Assembly: GCA_001783715.1 (NCBI GenBank)
Contig: MFNF01000001.1
Span: forward strand, 58,393 to 122,392
Source of the DNA: Candidatus Lambdaproteobacteria bacterium RIFOXYD2_FULL_56_26
GTDB taxonomy: Bacteria > SAR324 > XYD2-FULL-50-16
Reading direction: 5' to 3'
DNA: 64,000 bases
Below, piece by piece: positions 47,380-56,419 of the stretch. Numbering within the stretch: the stretch's first letter is position 1; each line of letters starts with the position of its first letter. The position numbers and the translations under genes are program-made. Below the pieces are notes generated by a model. The model was not told the DNA's origin. It saw only the letters and a program-made list of their open reading frames with translations, and did no database searches.

Positions 47380-47991
47380 ATGTTGGAACTTTTTTTGGAT
47401 GTAGATGGCGTGATCCTGGACTTTGAGTCCACCTTCATGGATTTTGTGCGGGAGTATTACATCCCCGAATTGCCGCTCAACTACCTGCCCAAAAGCTGGG
47501 AGCTGAAAGACGGTCTGTTGTCCCGGTTAGACGTGGACCAGACCTGGAATGCTTTTATGGGCTCGGGCCGGTTTGCCCAGTTGAACCTCTTGGCCGACAA
47601 GGAGAGCTTCAACCGGCTCAGTTCCACCTTTCCGCTCCATCTGGTCACCAACCTGCCCCAGGAGCATTACGGACAAAGGATAAAAAATTTAATCCTCCAT
47701 GGCCTCAACTATGCCAGCCTCAACCTGGGGGGGCACCACAGCTTCGGGATCAAGGATTACCCCAGCAAGGCCCAGGTGATTGAGGGGTTGCGGGACAAAA
47801 ACCGGCAGGTGTTTTTTTTGGACGACCACCCGGAAAACTGCAGGCAGGTCAAGGCTGCTTTTCCCCAGGCTCGGGTCTTTTTGATGCAACGGCCCCACAA
47901 TGAGGAGGTGCCGGACGAAGATTGGGAGAGGGTCTTGGATTGGCCGGAGTTTGTGGCCGAGGTGGATCAGGCAGTTTTGTCCAGGGGGTGA
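47380..47991 (+). CDS. HAD-superfamily hydrolase (5'(3')-nucleotidase-like)
   Basis: DVDGV, VTN, K, FLDD, PHN. Confidence 0.8.
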   Translation: MLELFLDVDGVILDFESTFMDFVREYYIPELPLNYLPKSWELKDGLLSRLDVDQTWNAFMGSGRFAQLNLLADKESFNRLSSTFPLHLVTNLPQEHYGQRIKNLILHGLNYASLNLGGHHSFGIKDYPSKAQVIEGLRDKNRQVFFLDDHPENCRQVKAAFPQARVFLMQRPHNEEVPDEDWERVLDWPEFVAEVDQAVLSRG

Positions 47992-49718
47992 TCCCGAAAT
48001 TGCATCTGGTAAAGCCGGAAGTATTCTCCCTTGGCCTCCAACAGCTGTTGGTGGTTTCCCGATTCGATGATTCTCCCCGCCTTGAGGACATGGATCACAT
48101 CGGCATGGGAGATGGTTGAAAGCCGGTGGGCGATCACCAGACTGGTCCGGTTGCGCATCAGGTTTTCAATGGCCGCCTGGACTTCCTTTTCCGATTCGGT
48201 GTCCAGGGCGCTGGTGGCCTCGTCCAAAATCAAGATCGGCGCATCCTTGATCAAGGCACGGGCAATGGAGATCCGCTGCCTCTGTCCGCCCGAAAGCAGA
48301 TTGCCCCCCTCGCCGATCACCGTTTCAAAACCTTGGGGCAATGCGTTGATGAAGTCGTAGGCATAGGCCACCTTGGCGGCCTGTTCGGTGGCCTTGTGGT
48401 CGCACAGGATGTTGCCGTAGTTGATGTTCTTGGCGGCGGTGTCGTTAAAAAGCAGGATCTCCTGGGTGACCAGGGCGATTTGGGAGCGCAGGCTTTCCAA
48501 GGTCACCTCCCGGATGTCCACCCCATCGATGGTGATCCGGCCCTCTTCGGCCTTGAGGTCGTAAAACCTGGGCAGCAGGTTGGCCAAAGTGGTCTTGCCC
48601 GAGCCCGAAGCCCCCACCAGCGCCGTCACGCTGCCCGCCTTCAGTTGGATCTGGATGTCTTGCAGGACCTTTTGGTTTTCGTAACAAAACTCTTTGATTT
48701 CAATTTTGATTTCTTTGCTCAAAGGGGCCAGGTTGGCCTTGCCCGAGGATTCATAGATCGGGTTTTTGGCATCAAGGACCTCATAGACCCGGCGAGCTGC
48801 CCCCAGGCCTTCTTGCAGCTTGAGGGTGAAGCCGTTAAATTTTTTGATCGGCTCGTTCATCATAAAAAAGGCGACCAGGAAGCTGGCAAAATCCCCGCCA
48901 GTGATCTGGTGGTGGATGATCAGGTACCCGCCCACGGTCATAATCGCTGCCCCGCAAATGCCACCGATCAGCTCCAAGATGGGGAAGGAGTAGCTGCTGA
49001 TCCGGGCGGAATCCAAAAAGAAGTTGAACAGTCGGCGGTTTTCCTTTTTAAAACGATCGTTTTCGTACTCCTCCATCCCAAACGCCTGGACCACCCGAAT
49101 CCCCAGGATGGTCTCGTTCAGGAGCCCGGTCAGCTCTCCGTATTTGCCCTGCCGTTTGTCGGAAACCTCCTTGTTCTGTTGGCCGAATTTTTGGATCAAA
49201 AGCCCGGCAGGGGGCAGCAGCAGCAAGGTCAAGAAAAAGAGGTGCCAGCTCCGGTAGGCCATGATGCCCAAGAGGATCAAGATCTGGGGCAGGTCCCGCA
49301 AGGGACCGGCGATGCCCACCTTGACCGCTTCCGAAAGGGTGGTAAGGTCGGTGGTAAACCGGGAGATCAGGTCCCCGGTGTTCTTTTGGTTGTGAAAGGC
49401 CACCGGCAGGTGCAGGGTTTTTTCAAACAGTTTTCCCCGCAGTTCCCGGATCAGCCGCTGGCCCATGCTGTTCATCAGGTAGCTTTGCCCAAAAAAGGAC
49501 AGGCCCTTAAAAAAGAAGACCAACACGATCCCTAGCCCCACCAGGATAAATTTGTTTTGGCTGGGGACATCACCGGCGCTCAAGGCATCCACGATGTCCT
49601 TCATGTATTTGGCGGGGGCCACCGTAAAGAGGGCGTAAAGAAGCATGAACAGCACCCCAAACCCCAATTGGAGCTTGTGCTTGAGGACTAATTTGATCAG
49701 TCTGGCAGGGATGGTCAT
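47967..49718 (-). CDS. msbA: ABC exporter, MsbA-like lipid A flippase
   Basis: TM domain plus GASGSGKT, LSGGQRQR, ILDEATSALD, IAHRLST. Confidence 0.8.
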   Translation of the reverse strand: MTIPARLIKLVLKHKLQLGFGVLFMLLYALFTVAPAKYMKDIVDALSAGDVPSQNKFILVGLGIVLVFFFKGLSFFGQSYLMNSMGQRLIRELRGKLFEKTLHLPVAFHNQKNTGDLISRFTTDLTTLSEAVKVGIAGPLRDLPQILILLGIMAYRSWHLFFLTLLLLPPAGLLIQKFGQQNKEVSDKRQGKYGELTGLLNETILGIRVVQAFGMEEYENDRFKKENRRLFNFFLDSARISSYSFPILELIGGICGAAIMTVGGYLIIHHQITGGDFASFLVAFFMMNEPIKKFNGFTLKLQEGLGAARRVYEVLDAKNPIYESSGKANLAPLSKEIKIEIKEFCYENQKVLQDIQIQLKAGSVTALVGASGSGKTTLANLLPRFYDLKAEEGRITIDGVDIREVTLESLRSQIALVTQEILLFNDTAAKNINYGNILCDHKATEQAAKVAYAYDFINALPQGFETVIGEGGNLLSGGQRQRISIARALIKDAPILILDEATSALDTESEKEVQAAIENLMRNRTSLVIAHRLSTISHADVIHVLKAGRIIESGNHQQLLEAKGEYFRLYQMQFRDHPLDKTA

Positions 49719-49757
49719 AACTTCCTTGGATGGTTCCGAAAAACTAGTAGAAATCTG

Positions 49758-50273
49758 ATGAAAAAGCCACTTATTTTCCTGCTTTTTAGCGTTTTTGCTG
49801 CCCTTTCAACTGGTTTTGCTCAAGAAGTGGAACTCCTGGAAGGCCCCAGGTTCGCCGCTTCCTTGGAACAGGCGATAGACGGGGCCCAAAGCTCGGTCCG
49901 CTTGGCCACCTATGTCTTTCGCCTCAGCCCCAGGGGAGAAACCGGCAGGCTCGCCAAAGCCCTGGCCCAAGCGGCCAAAAGGGGGGTCGAGGTGGAACTT
50001 TATTTGGAGACTACCGGGTTGAAGGACAGCCTGGAACGGGGGAATAGACAAGTGGCCAAGTGGCTCAAACGCAACCAAGTGAAGGTTTATTTTGATACCC
50101 CCAACCAAAGGTCCCACGCCAAGGCGGCGGTGATTGACCACAAGTTTTGTTTTGTTGGCAGCCACAACCTGACCGAGTCGGCCTTGAAGCACAACTACGA
50201 GCTGACCTTGCGGGTGGACTCCCCCGCTTTGGCCCAAAAGCTGGAACAAAGTTTTACCGCCCATTTTAAGTAG
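49758..50273 (+). CDS. Exported phospholipase D / Nuc-family protein (single HKD)
   Basis: Signal peptide; HAK....D......GSHN.T......N.E. Confidence 0.88.
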   Translation: MKKPLIFLLFSVFAALSTGFAQEVELLEGPRFAASLEQAIDGAQSSVRLATYVFRLSPRGETGRLAKALAQAAKRGVEVELYLETTGLKDSLERGNRQVAKWLKRNQVKVYFDTPNQRSHAKAAVIDHKFCFVGSHNLTESALKHNYELTLRVDSPALAQKLEQSFTAHFK

Positions 50274-51669
50274 GACCAGCCCCCGCCAGGGCCTTGAGCC
50301 CGTTGAGGGCCGCCACCTTGTAGCCGGAGGAGAGGCTGGGGAAGTTGAAGATTTCTTCCACAAAATAATGGACCGTTCCCCCAAAGGCCATCACCGCTTG
50401 GCCAATGTGGATCAGCTCGCTGGCTTGCTGGCCCAGGATGTGTACGGCCAACAGTTTCCCGGTGGAAGGTTCAAACAAAAGTTTGATCAGTCCCTCTTGG
50501 ACCCCTAGAATCTCCCCACGAGCCAGATCCTGGTAATGGGCTATCCCTACTTTGTATTCCTTGCCCGATTGTTTGAGCGCCTCTTCGGTGGGGCCGATCA
50601 TCGCCACTTCGGGTAGAGTATAAACGGCGCAGGGGTAAGGGCCAGTGATCTTGTGGCCCCTTTGGCCGGTGACCGAATGACGGGCGGCCATACGGCCTTC
50701 TTCGTTGCTGATCGAAACCAGACTGGGCATACCGATGATGTCGCCAACGGCGTAAATATGGGGGATCAAGGTTTGGTAGTTTTCGTTGACCTCAATCTGG
50801 TTGCGGTGGTTTACCTCGATCCCCACCTGTTCCAGCCCCAGTCCTTGGACGTTGCCCTGTCTGCCGTTGGCGTAGAGCAGGTATTGGCTTTCCAAGACCT
50901 CCCCGGTTTTGAGGGTCAGCCGGACTCGGTCGGTTTGGCCTTTGAGGGATTCAAAATCCTGGCCCAGCCGAAACTGCACCCCGCTGGCCGACATCGCCCG
51001 GACCAGGGCCAGACTGAGGTCGGAATCCAAAAAGTTCAAGACCTGCCCCCGAGGCTCCACCAGGGTCACCAAACAGCCCAGACGGGCAAAGATACAGGCA
51101 TATTCGCAACCGATCACCCCGCCGCCGTACACCAAAAGACTTTGGGGTAGCTCCTTCAGTTCCAAGATACGGTCCGAATCCAGGATCCGGGGGCAGGAAA
51201 AGTCAACCCCTGGGGGATGGTAGGGGCTAGTGCCCACCGCGATGATGGTTTTTTGGGCCCGCACTTGGGTTGGCCCGGCCTTGGACTCCACGCCCAAGAG
51301 TTGGGGGACCAAAAAATGGGCCCTCCCTTGGAGGAAGTCCACCCCCGCCTTCCGGTACCCCGCCAGAATCTCCGCCACCCGAGCGGCAATGACCCGGTTC
51401 TTGCGGTCCATCAATTCGCCGACTGTCAGCATCGGTGCCGGTTCGGACCTGACCGAGGCATACCGGTCGAAGGTCCGCCGTTCCAAGAAGATTACCGTTT
51501 CCCGCAGGCTTTTGGAAGGGATGGTTCCCGAGAGGGTCCCCGCTCCGCCCGGATCGGCGAGCCGCTCAATGACCAAGGTCTTGGCCCCCAACCTAGCCGC
51601 TTCCAGGGCCGCCTTTTCCCCGGCCGGGCCTGAACCGATTACGGCTACGTCGTAGGTGGTGGAGGCCAT
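50266..51669 (-). CDS. sthA: Soluble pyridine nucleotide transhydrogenase-like flavoprotein
   Basis: GSGPAG, GTIPSKSLRE, GGGVIGCEY, ANGR.GN, ELIHIGQAVM, FNFP.LS..YKVAALN. Confidence 0.85.
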   Translation of the reverse strand: MASTTYDVAVIGSGPAGEKAALEAARLGAKTLVIERLADPGGAGTLSGTIPSKSLRETVIFLERRTFDRYASVRSEPAPMLTVGELMDRKNRVIAARVAEILAGYRKAGVDFLQGRAHFLVPQLLGVESKAGPTQVRAQKTIIAVGTSPYHPPGVDFSCPRILDSDRILELKELPQSLLVYGGGVIGCEYACIFARLGCLVTLVEPRGQVLNFLDSDLSLALVRAMSASGVQFRLGQDFESLKGQTDRVRLTLKTGEVLESQYLLYANGRQGNVQGLGLEQVGIEVNHRNQIEVNENYQTLIPHIYAVGDIIGMPSLVSISNEEGRMAARHSVTGQRGHKITGPYPCAVYTLPEVAMIGPTEEALKQSGKEYKVGIAHYQDLARGEILGVQEGLIKLLFEPSTGKLLAVHILGQQASELIHIGQAVMAFGGTVHYFVEEIFNFPSLSSGYKVAALNGLKALAGAGPT

Positions 51670-51680
51670 AGGGTTCCAGG

Positions 51681-52577
51681 TCAATAAACCTCAACGTTCC
51701 AACGGCCAGTGGCTTTGAGTTCTTCCTTGTAGGCTTCCCAATCCATCCCGTCTTGTTCGGCCCAGGAACCAAAGACTTTGTCCACTCCGGCCTCCATGCC
51801 CTTGAGGCCGCAGAGGTAAACCACCGACTTCCCGGCCTTGAGCCCCGGCCAGAGGCTCTCTCTTTGTTCGGCGATCTTGTGTTGGACGTACACCCGCTCC
51901 CCGGTGGAGGTTTTTTCCTGTCTGGAGAGGGCTTGGAACGCCTGGAAGGTTTCCTTGGTGTAATACTGTCCGATGTCGTTGTTTTCCTGGTTCATGTAGA
52001 GGGTTTCAAAGCCGGTTTTGGCCCCGAAAAAGAGGCTGATCTTGCCGCCCCAACTGCCCCGTTCGTGGAAGATGTATTTGATGAACGCACGGAAGGGAGC
52101 AATGCCGGTGCCCACGGCCACCATGATCAGGTTGACTTGGTCGTCCTGGGGGAGCAGAAATTTCCTGCCGGTAGGGCCGGTCAGGGCCAAGTCCTCGCCC
52201 ACCTTGGCATCACAGATGTGGTTGCTGGCCACGCCGCGGACCTCTTGGCCGGTGGCTTCGTCGGTAAAGACCACCCGTTTGACGCACAAGGTCACGGTTT
52301 TGGAGGTTCCATCGTCGCCGACCCTGCTGCTGGCGATCGAATAAAGCCGGACCCGGTGTTTCTTGCCGTCTTCGTCCACACCGGGCGGCAGGATCCCCAC
52401 CGACTGGCCTTCCAGGTAGGCAATCTCGCTCCGGGAAAGGTCGAGCACGATGTTGTGGATGTCGTCGGCGCTGTCCTTGGGGGTCAACCTTGTGTTTTCG
52501 ATCACCTGGGCCAAAAAGGGGTCGCTCGGTTTGTACACCGTGCCGGGGGTGGGAATGACTTTTGTGATCAGTTCCAT
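51681..52577 (-). CDS. Ferredoxin-NADP+ reductase (plastidic type)
   Basis: RLYSIAS, GVASN, GTGIAPF, YVQ, YLCGLKGM, C-terminal VEVY. Confidence 0.92.
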   Translation of the reverse strand: MELITKVIPTPGTVYKPSDPFLAQVIENTRLTPKDSADDIHNIVLDLSRSEIAYLEGQSVGILPPGVDEDGKKHRVRLYSIASSRVGDDGTSKTVTLCVKRVVFTDEATGQEVRGVASNHICDAKVGEDLALTGPTGRKFLLPQDDQVNLIMVAVGTGIAPFRAFIKYIFHERGSWGGKISLFFGAKTGFETLYMNQENNDIGQYYTKETFQAFQALSRQEKTSTGERVYVQHKIAEQRESLWPGLKAGKSVVYLCGLKGMEAGVDKVFGSWAEQDGMDWEAYKEELKATGRWNVEVY

Positions 52578-52714
52578 AGTTTGGGCCGGGAAAGGTGGAA
52601 GGGACAGTTGTTGGGTTTTATGGCTTGATCCTAGCTCAATCTGCCGGTTTCCTCCAAGGGGCAACCGTACAAGCCTCTTTTTTTGTTTTTGGATTGATGG
52701 GGAGGAGCCTGGGC

Positions 52715-53149
52715 TCACCCCTGGAACCGGAGCGGGATCAGGTCTCCCGGCTTGGCATCACAGAGGAAATTACTGGCCGTCCCCCGCTTGACCTCGCCGG
52801 TAAAAAGGTCCTTGTACACCAACCGCAGGACCGAAAAGGTCAGGTTCAGAGAGTGGCCCGCACCGTCTTGTTCGGTTTGGATCACCGAATAGGCCCGGAG
52901 GTCAAAGGGCCGGTCGTTTTCATCCCGTCCCGGCGGCTGGACCCAAACCGATTGATCGAGGGCCAGGGACACCTGGGCGGAAGCCACCTCCAAAACCAGG
53001 TGGAACACCTCGTCGGAAGCCCCTTCCGGGGTGATCTTGCGGTTGGCCAAAACCTTGGCTTGGTAGGGCTCCGTAGGCGGAGAGGCAGCTGGGTCGGTCA
53101 CCTGGGTCCTCAAAGGGGGCGGTTCAAAAACCGGAGGTTGGAACGTCAA
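52715..53149 (-). CDS. Stand-alone FNR FAD-binding-domain protein (truncated FNR paralog)
   Basis: AKVLAN..IT, HLVL, QSV.V.PPG, RAYS, RGTASNFLCD; stops before the NADP domain. Confidence 0.75.
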   Translation of the reverse strand: MTFQPPVFEPPPLRTQVTDPAASPPTEPYQAKVLANRKITPEGASDEVFHLVLEVASAQVSLALDQSVWVQPPGRDENDRPFDLRAYSVIQTEQDGAGHSLNLTFSVLRLVYKDLFTGEVKRGTASNFLCDAKPGDLIPLRFQG

Positions 53150-53153
53150 AAGG

Positions 53154-54239
53154 TTAGGTCGGCGGCTTTTTGAAAAATCCCAGGCCCGCCAAAAAGGCCT
53201 CCATGTTCTTGAGCCGGTTCAGGAAGCTGTCCAACTGCCCAAGCAGGGCCTCGTTGTGCCGCCATTTGTGGTAGGGACGGCCAGGCATTCCAGCCAGGGT
53301 TTCCTGGTCTCCGGTTTTGCTGGTCACCAAGGTCCGGGCCAGCAGGGTCACCTGGGAGCCGATCTTAAGGTTGTCCCGGATCCCCGATTGTCCACCCATC
53401 ATCAGGTGGGAGCCGGTCTTGGTGCTCCCGGCGATACCCGATTGGGCGGTGATCAGGCTTTCTTCGCCGACCTCCACATTGTGGGCGATGTGGACCAGGT
53501 TGTCCAACTTGGTGTTCCGGCCCAAACGGGTTTGGTCGAACCGGGCCCGGTCGATGCAGCTGTTGGCCCCCACCTCCACTTGGTCTTCGAGCACCACCCT
53601 GCCGACCTGGGGGATCTTGTGGTTGTGTCCGTCCCGTTGGTAGTAGCCATAACCATCTGCGCCGATGACCACCCCCGAATGCAGGATCACTTGGTTGCCC
53701 AGCAGGCATCCCTCCCTGACCGTGACGTTGGGGTACAGCAGGCAGTCCTCCCCGAGGACCGAGTCTTCCATCACCACCACGTTGGCCCGGAGCACCGAGC
53801 CTTGGCCGATTTTTACCCTGGGGTAGATAACCACCCCTGGATCGAGGGTGACGTTTTTCCCGATCTCTGCGGTGGGGTCCACAAAAGCCAAAGGGTGAAT
53901 CTTGCCGCTTGAGGCCGGGCCTGGGTGCAGGATCAAGGTGGCCCGGACGTGGGTATCCAAAGGGTCGGGGGAAAAAATCAAATGCCGCCCCTCCGCTTCG
54001 GTCCCCGGCGGGACGATGATGGCACAGGGAAGGCCGGGGTCCACTTGGTGGAGATTTTTGCCCTGGTCCCGAAAGACTCCGCCGGGCGTAGGCAAGGCCG
54101 CCAGCGCCTTGGGATTGGAGACAAAGGCCAAGCCGCCGGGGCCGATCGACTCGAAGCCACAGGCGTGGGTCAGGGTTAAACTGGGATCACCCTTGTAAGG
54201 GGTACCCAATTTGTGGCACAATGCTTCTAAGGTGATCAT
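53154..54239 (-). CDS. lpxD: UDP-3-O-acyl-glucosamine N-acyltransferase
   Basis: Hexapeptide repeats, IGADGYG, KIPQ.G.V, IDR, K.DNLVHIAHN. Confidence 0.95.
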   Translation of the reverse strand: MITLEALCHKLGTPYKGDPSLTLTHACGFESIGPGGLAFVSNPKALAALPTPGGVFRDQGKNLHQVDPGLPCAIIVPPGTEAEGRHLIFSPDPLDTHVRATLILHPGPASSGKIHPLAFVDPTAEIGKNVTLDPGVVIYPRVKIGQGSVLRANVVVMEDSVLGEDCLLYPNVTVREGCLLGNQVILHSGVVIGADGYGYYQRDGHNHKIPQVGRVVLEDQVEVGANSCIDRARFDQTRLGRNTKLDNLVHIAHNVEVGEESLITAQSGIAGSTKTGSHLMMGGQSGIRDNLKIGSQVTLLARTLVTSKTGDQETLAGMPGRPYHKWRHNEALLGQLDSFLNRLKNMEAFLAGLGFFKKPPT

Positions 54240-54385
54240 ACAGCTTTTTGCAAAGATCGGCCGAACCGGTCGAGAGGTTCCAGGGGATCAGGACCTTTGG
54301 GCCCTTGTGTTGCCCAATGTGGCAGATTTTTTGTATATCCTCAAACCCAATTGTAGATTTCGGACCTCCCATCCAGGCACCAACA

Positions 54386-54928
54386 ATGAACTTGGCAGAC
54401 ATCACACGAGTTCCCGAAGAGATTCGCTTTTTATATCTTCGTCTGGTGAGCCACATGGCCTCGGTGGACGGGGAGTTGGCAGAGTCGGAGTTGGCCTTGC
54501 TTAACAACATGATCGTCAAGTTCAAGATCCCCAAAAAACACCAAAAAACCATCTTAGGTTCCACCGCTTTGACCGAAGCTGAAGTCAAGTCCGGTTTTGA
54601 GGAGCTGAGGACCAACCAACTTCACTACAGCTTTCTGCTCGACCTGATCATCATGGCCATGGCCGATGGTTACCTGCATGATGCGGAAAAGGTCTTTTTG
54701 GCCAAGGTCAACGATTGGGTGAAGATCCCCAGGGCGGAGTTCCACAACCTCATTTATTTTGCCCAATCCGCCGCTTCCGTGGGGGATACCTCCAACATCG
54801 ACCCGATCTTGAGTTATGTTTTTGAGAACTTTTTCCGCTGGGCCCGGCAGGGTCACGTGAAACTGTTCCAGCAGACCCACTTTGCGGTTTCCGATGTGGT
54901 GGATCTTTACCTCAAACATGAGCTTTAG
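54386..54928 (+). CDS. TerB-like domain protein
   Basis: Two repeats of (A/M)xxDG.L...E: SVDGELAESE and MADGYLHDAE. Confidence 0.7.
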   Translation: MNLADITRVPEEIRFLYLRLVSHMASVDGELAESELALLNNMIVKFKIPKKHQKTILGSTALTEAEVKSGFEELRTNQLHYSFLLDLIIMAMADGYLHDAEKVFLAKVNDWVKIPRAEFHNLIYFAQSAASVGDTSNIDPILSYVFENFFRWARQGHVKLFQQTHFAVSDVVDLYLKHEL

Positions 54929-54940
54929 CAGGTACAGACC

Positions 54941-56362
54941 TTGAAATTGTCGTCCCTGGGACCGGGGTGTTTTTACCTGGAAGTCCCGGAAGTGGGTTTG
55001 CGCATCCTTTGTGGTTGCCCGCCCGACTCCGTCAAGTCCTTAAAAAAATTGGGGTTCATCTACAACCAAACCGTCCAGGGAGTGGTTTGTGAAACCGGCC
55101 CCAACGCCATCCTTTTGGGAGATTTGGCCGTCCAGGCCGATGAAATCTCCAACCTGACCGAGTTCCCGGTCCTCCATATGTTGTACAAACAAGGCTTGGG
55201 CATTCCGGGGCACCCCAACCGGGCCAGCGGAAAACCCATGTTGATTGGCCGGTCCCCGGAGCTGAGCGGGCAGGCGGAATACATCCGAAGGGGCAACTAT
55301 GGGCTCTACTCTGAAGAGGAATACCAAGCCCTGGGGCTGGACGAAAAGACCTACAAACTTTACCTGGAGATCAAACTCCAGTTCGCCTTTGGCCGGTTTT
55401 TGGAGACCCGTGAGTTGATGGATCTGGTGGCTTTTGACCAGGAGACCTTGGAACTCAAGGGCGGACTCTGGCTGCAACGGCTGGAACCCAACCACTTTGA
55501 AGCCCGTTTGGGGGAGGAGCGGTTGGAGTTTGACCTGAACCTGACCCCCCTGCAGCGGTACCAGCCTACCTATTCCCTGCCCTGGCGACCCCTGCCCCAA
55601 GGTCGGTTTGCGGTGGTCCACCTGGGCGATGGGGACGGCTGGGACGACAAGAGGCCCTGCCTGGGCAGCCTGTTGTTGGTGGGGGAGAAACGTTATCTGG
55701 TGGATGCCGGTCCCTTTGTCTCGGAAAACCTCAAACACCTGGGAATAGGCCCCCAAGAGGTGGAAGGGCTGTTCTTGACCCATGTCCATGACGACCACTT
55801 TGGCGGTTTTTACGGGCTCTTTTGCCAAAACCCCCGGCTCAAGGTGTTGGCCACGACCCGCATCTTTTTGACCTTGCTCAAAAAGTACGCTGCCTTGACC
55901 GGAAAGCCGGAAGCCTACTGGCGGGAACGGATCGCCTTTGTGCCGCTGGTGCCCGGTGAATGGAACAGGGTTGGGGCCTTGGAGGCCAGACCGCTGCCCT
56001 CGGCCCACCCCATCGACACCACTTTGTTTTTGTTCCGGGTCAACGGAGAAGGGGGCTACAAAACCTATGGGCACTTGACCGACATTGCCAACCTCAAGGT
56101 ACTCTCCCAGTTTGCCGGCAACCTCAAGGCCCCCGAAGCGTTTGAACGGTTTGAACAGGAGCTGATCGAGGTTTATCGGGCTCCTTTGGACATTAAAAAA
56201 GTGGACGTTGGCGGTGGGTTTGTCCATGGGGACGCTATGGACTTTGCCACCGATCCTTCCCCGGTGCTTTTGCTCTCCCACACCACCGACCCGATCCCCC
56301 CCGGCACGTACCCAAAAGGGGTGCAGACCGGTTTTGGGGATTTCCACGTCCTGGTCCCCTGA
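54941..56362 (+). CDS. Metallo-beta-lactamase-fold protein
   Basis: THVHDDH motif, LVDAGP, H.IDT, D; N-terminal CGCPPD/ETGPNAILL/EFPVL region. Confidence 0.8.
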   Translation: MKLSSLGPGCFYLEVPEVGLRILCGCPPDSVKSLKKLGFIYNQTVQGVVCETGPNAILLGDLAVQADEISNLTEFPVLHMLYKQGLGIPGHPNRASGKPMLIGRSPELSGQAEYIRRGNYGLYSEEEYQALGLDEKTYKLYLEIKLQFAFGRFLETRELMDLVAFDQETLELKGGLWLQRLEPNHFEARLGEERLEFDLNLTPLQRYQPTYSLPWRPLPQGRFAVVHLGDGDGWDDKRPCLGSLLLVGEKRYLVDAGPFVSENLKHLGIGPQEVEGLFLTHVHDDHFGGFYGLFCQNPRLKVLATTRIFLTLLKKYAALTGKPEAYWRERIAFVPLVPGEWNRVGALEARPLPSAHPIDTTLFLFRVNGEGGYKTYGHLTDIANLKVLSQFAGNLKAPEAFERFEQELIEVYRAPLDIKKVDVGGGFVHGDAMDFATDPSPVLLLSHTTDPIPPGTYPKGVQTGFGDFHVLVP

Positions 56363-56419
56363 GCGCTTGCCAAGGTTTCGGCCCTTGGGTAGTTTGGGAA
56401 CTCAACCTTTGGAGCCCCC

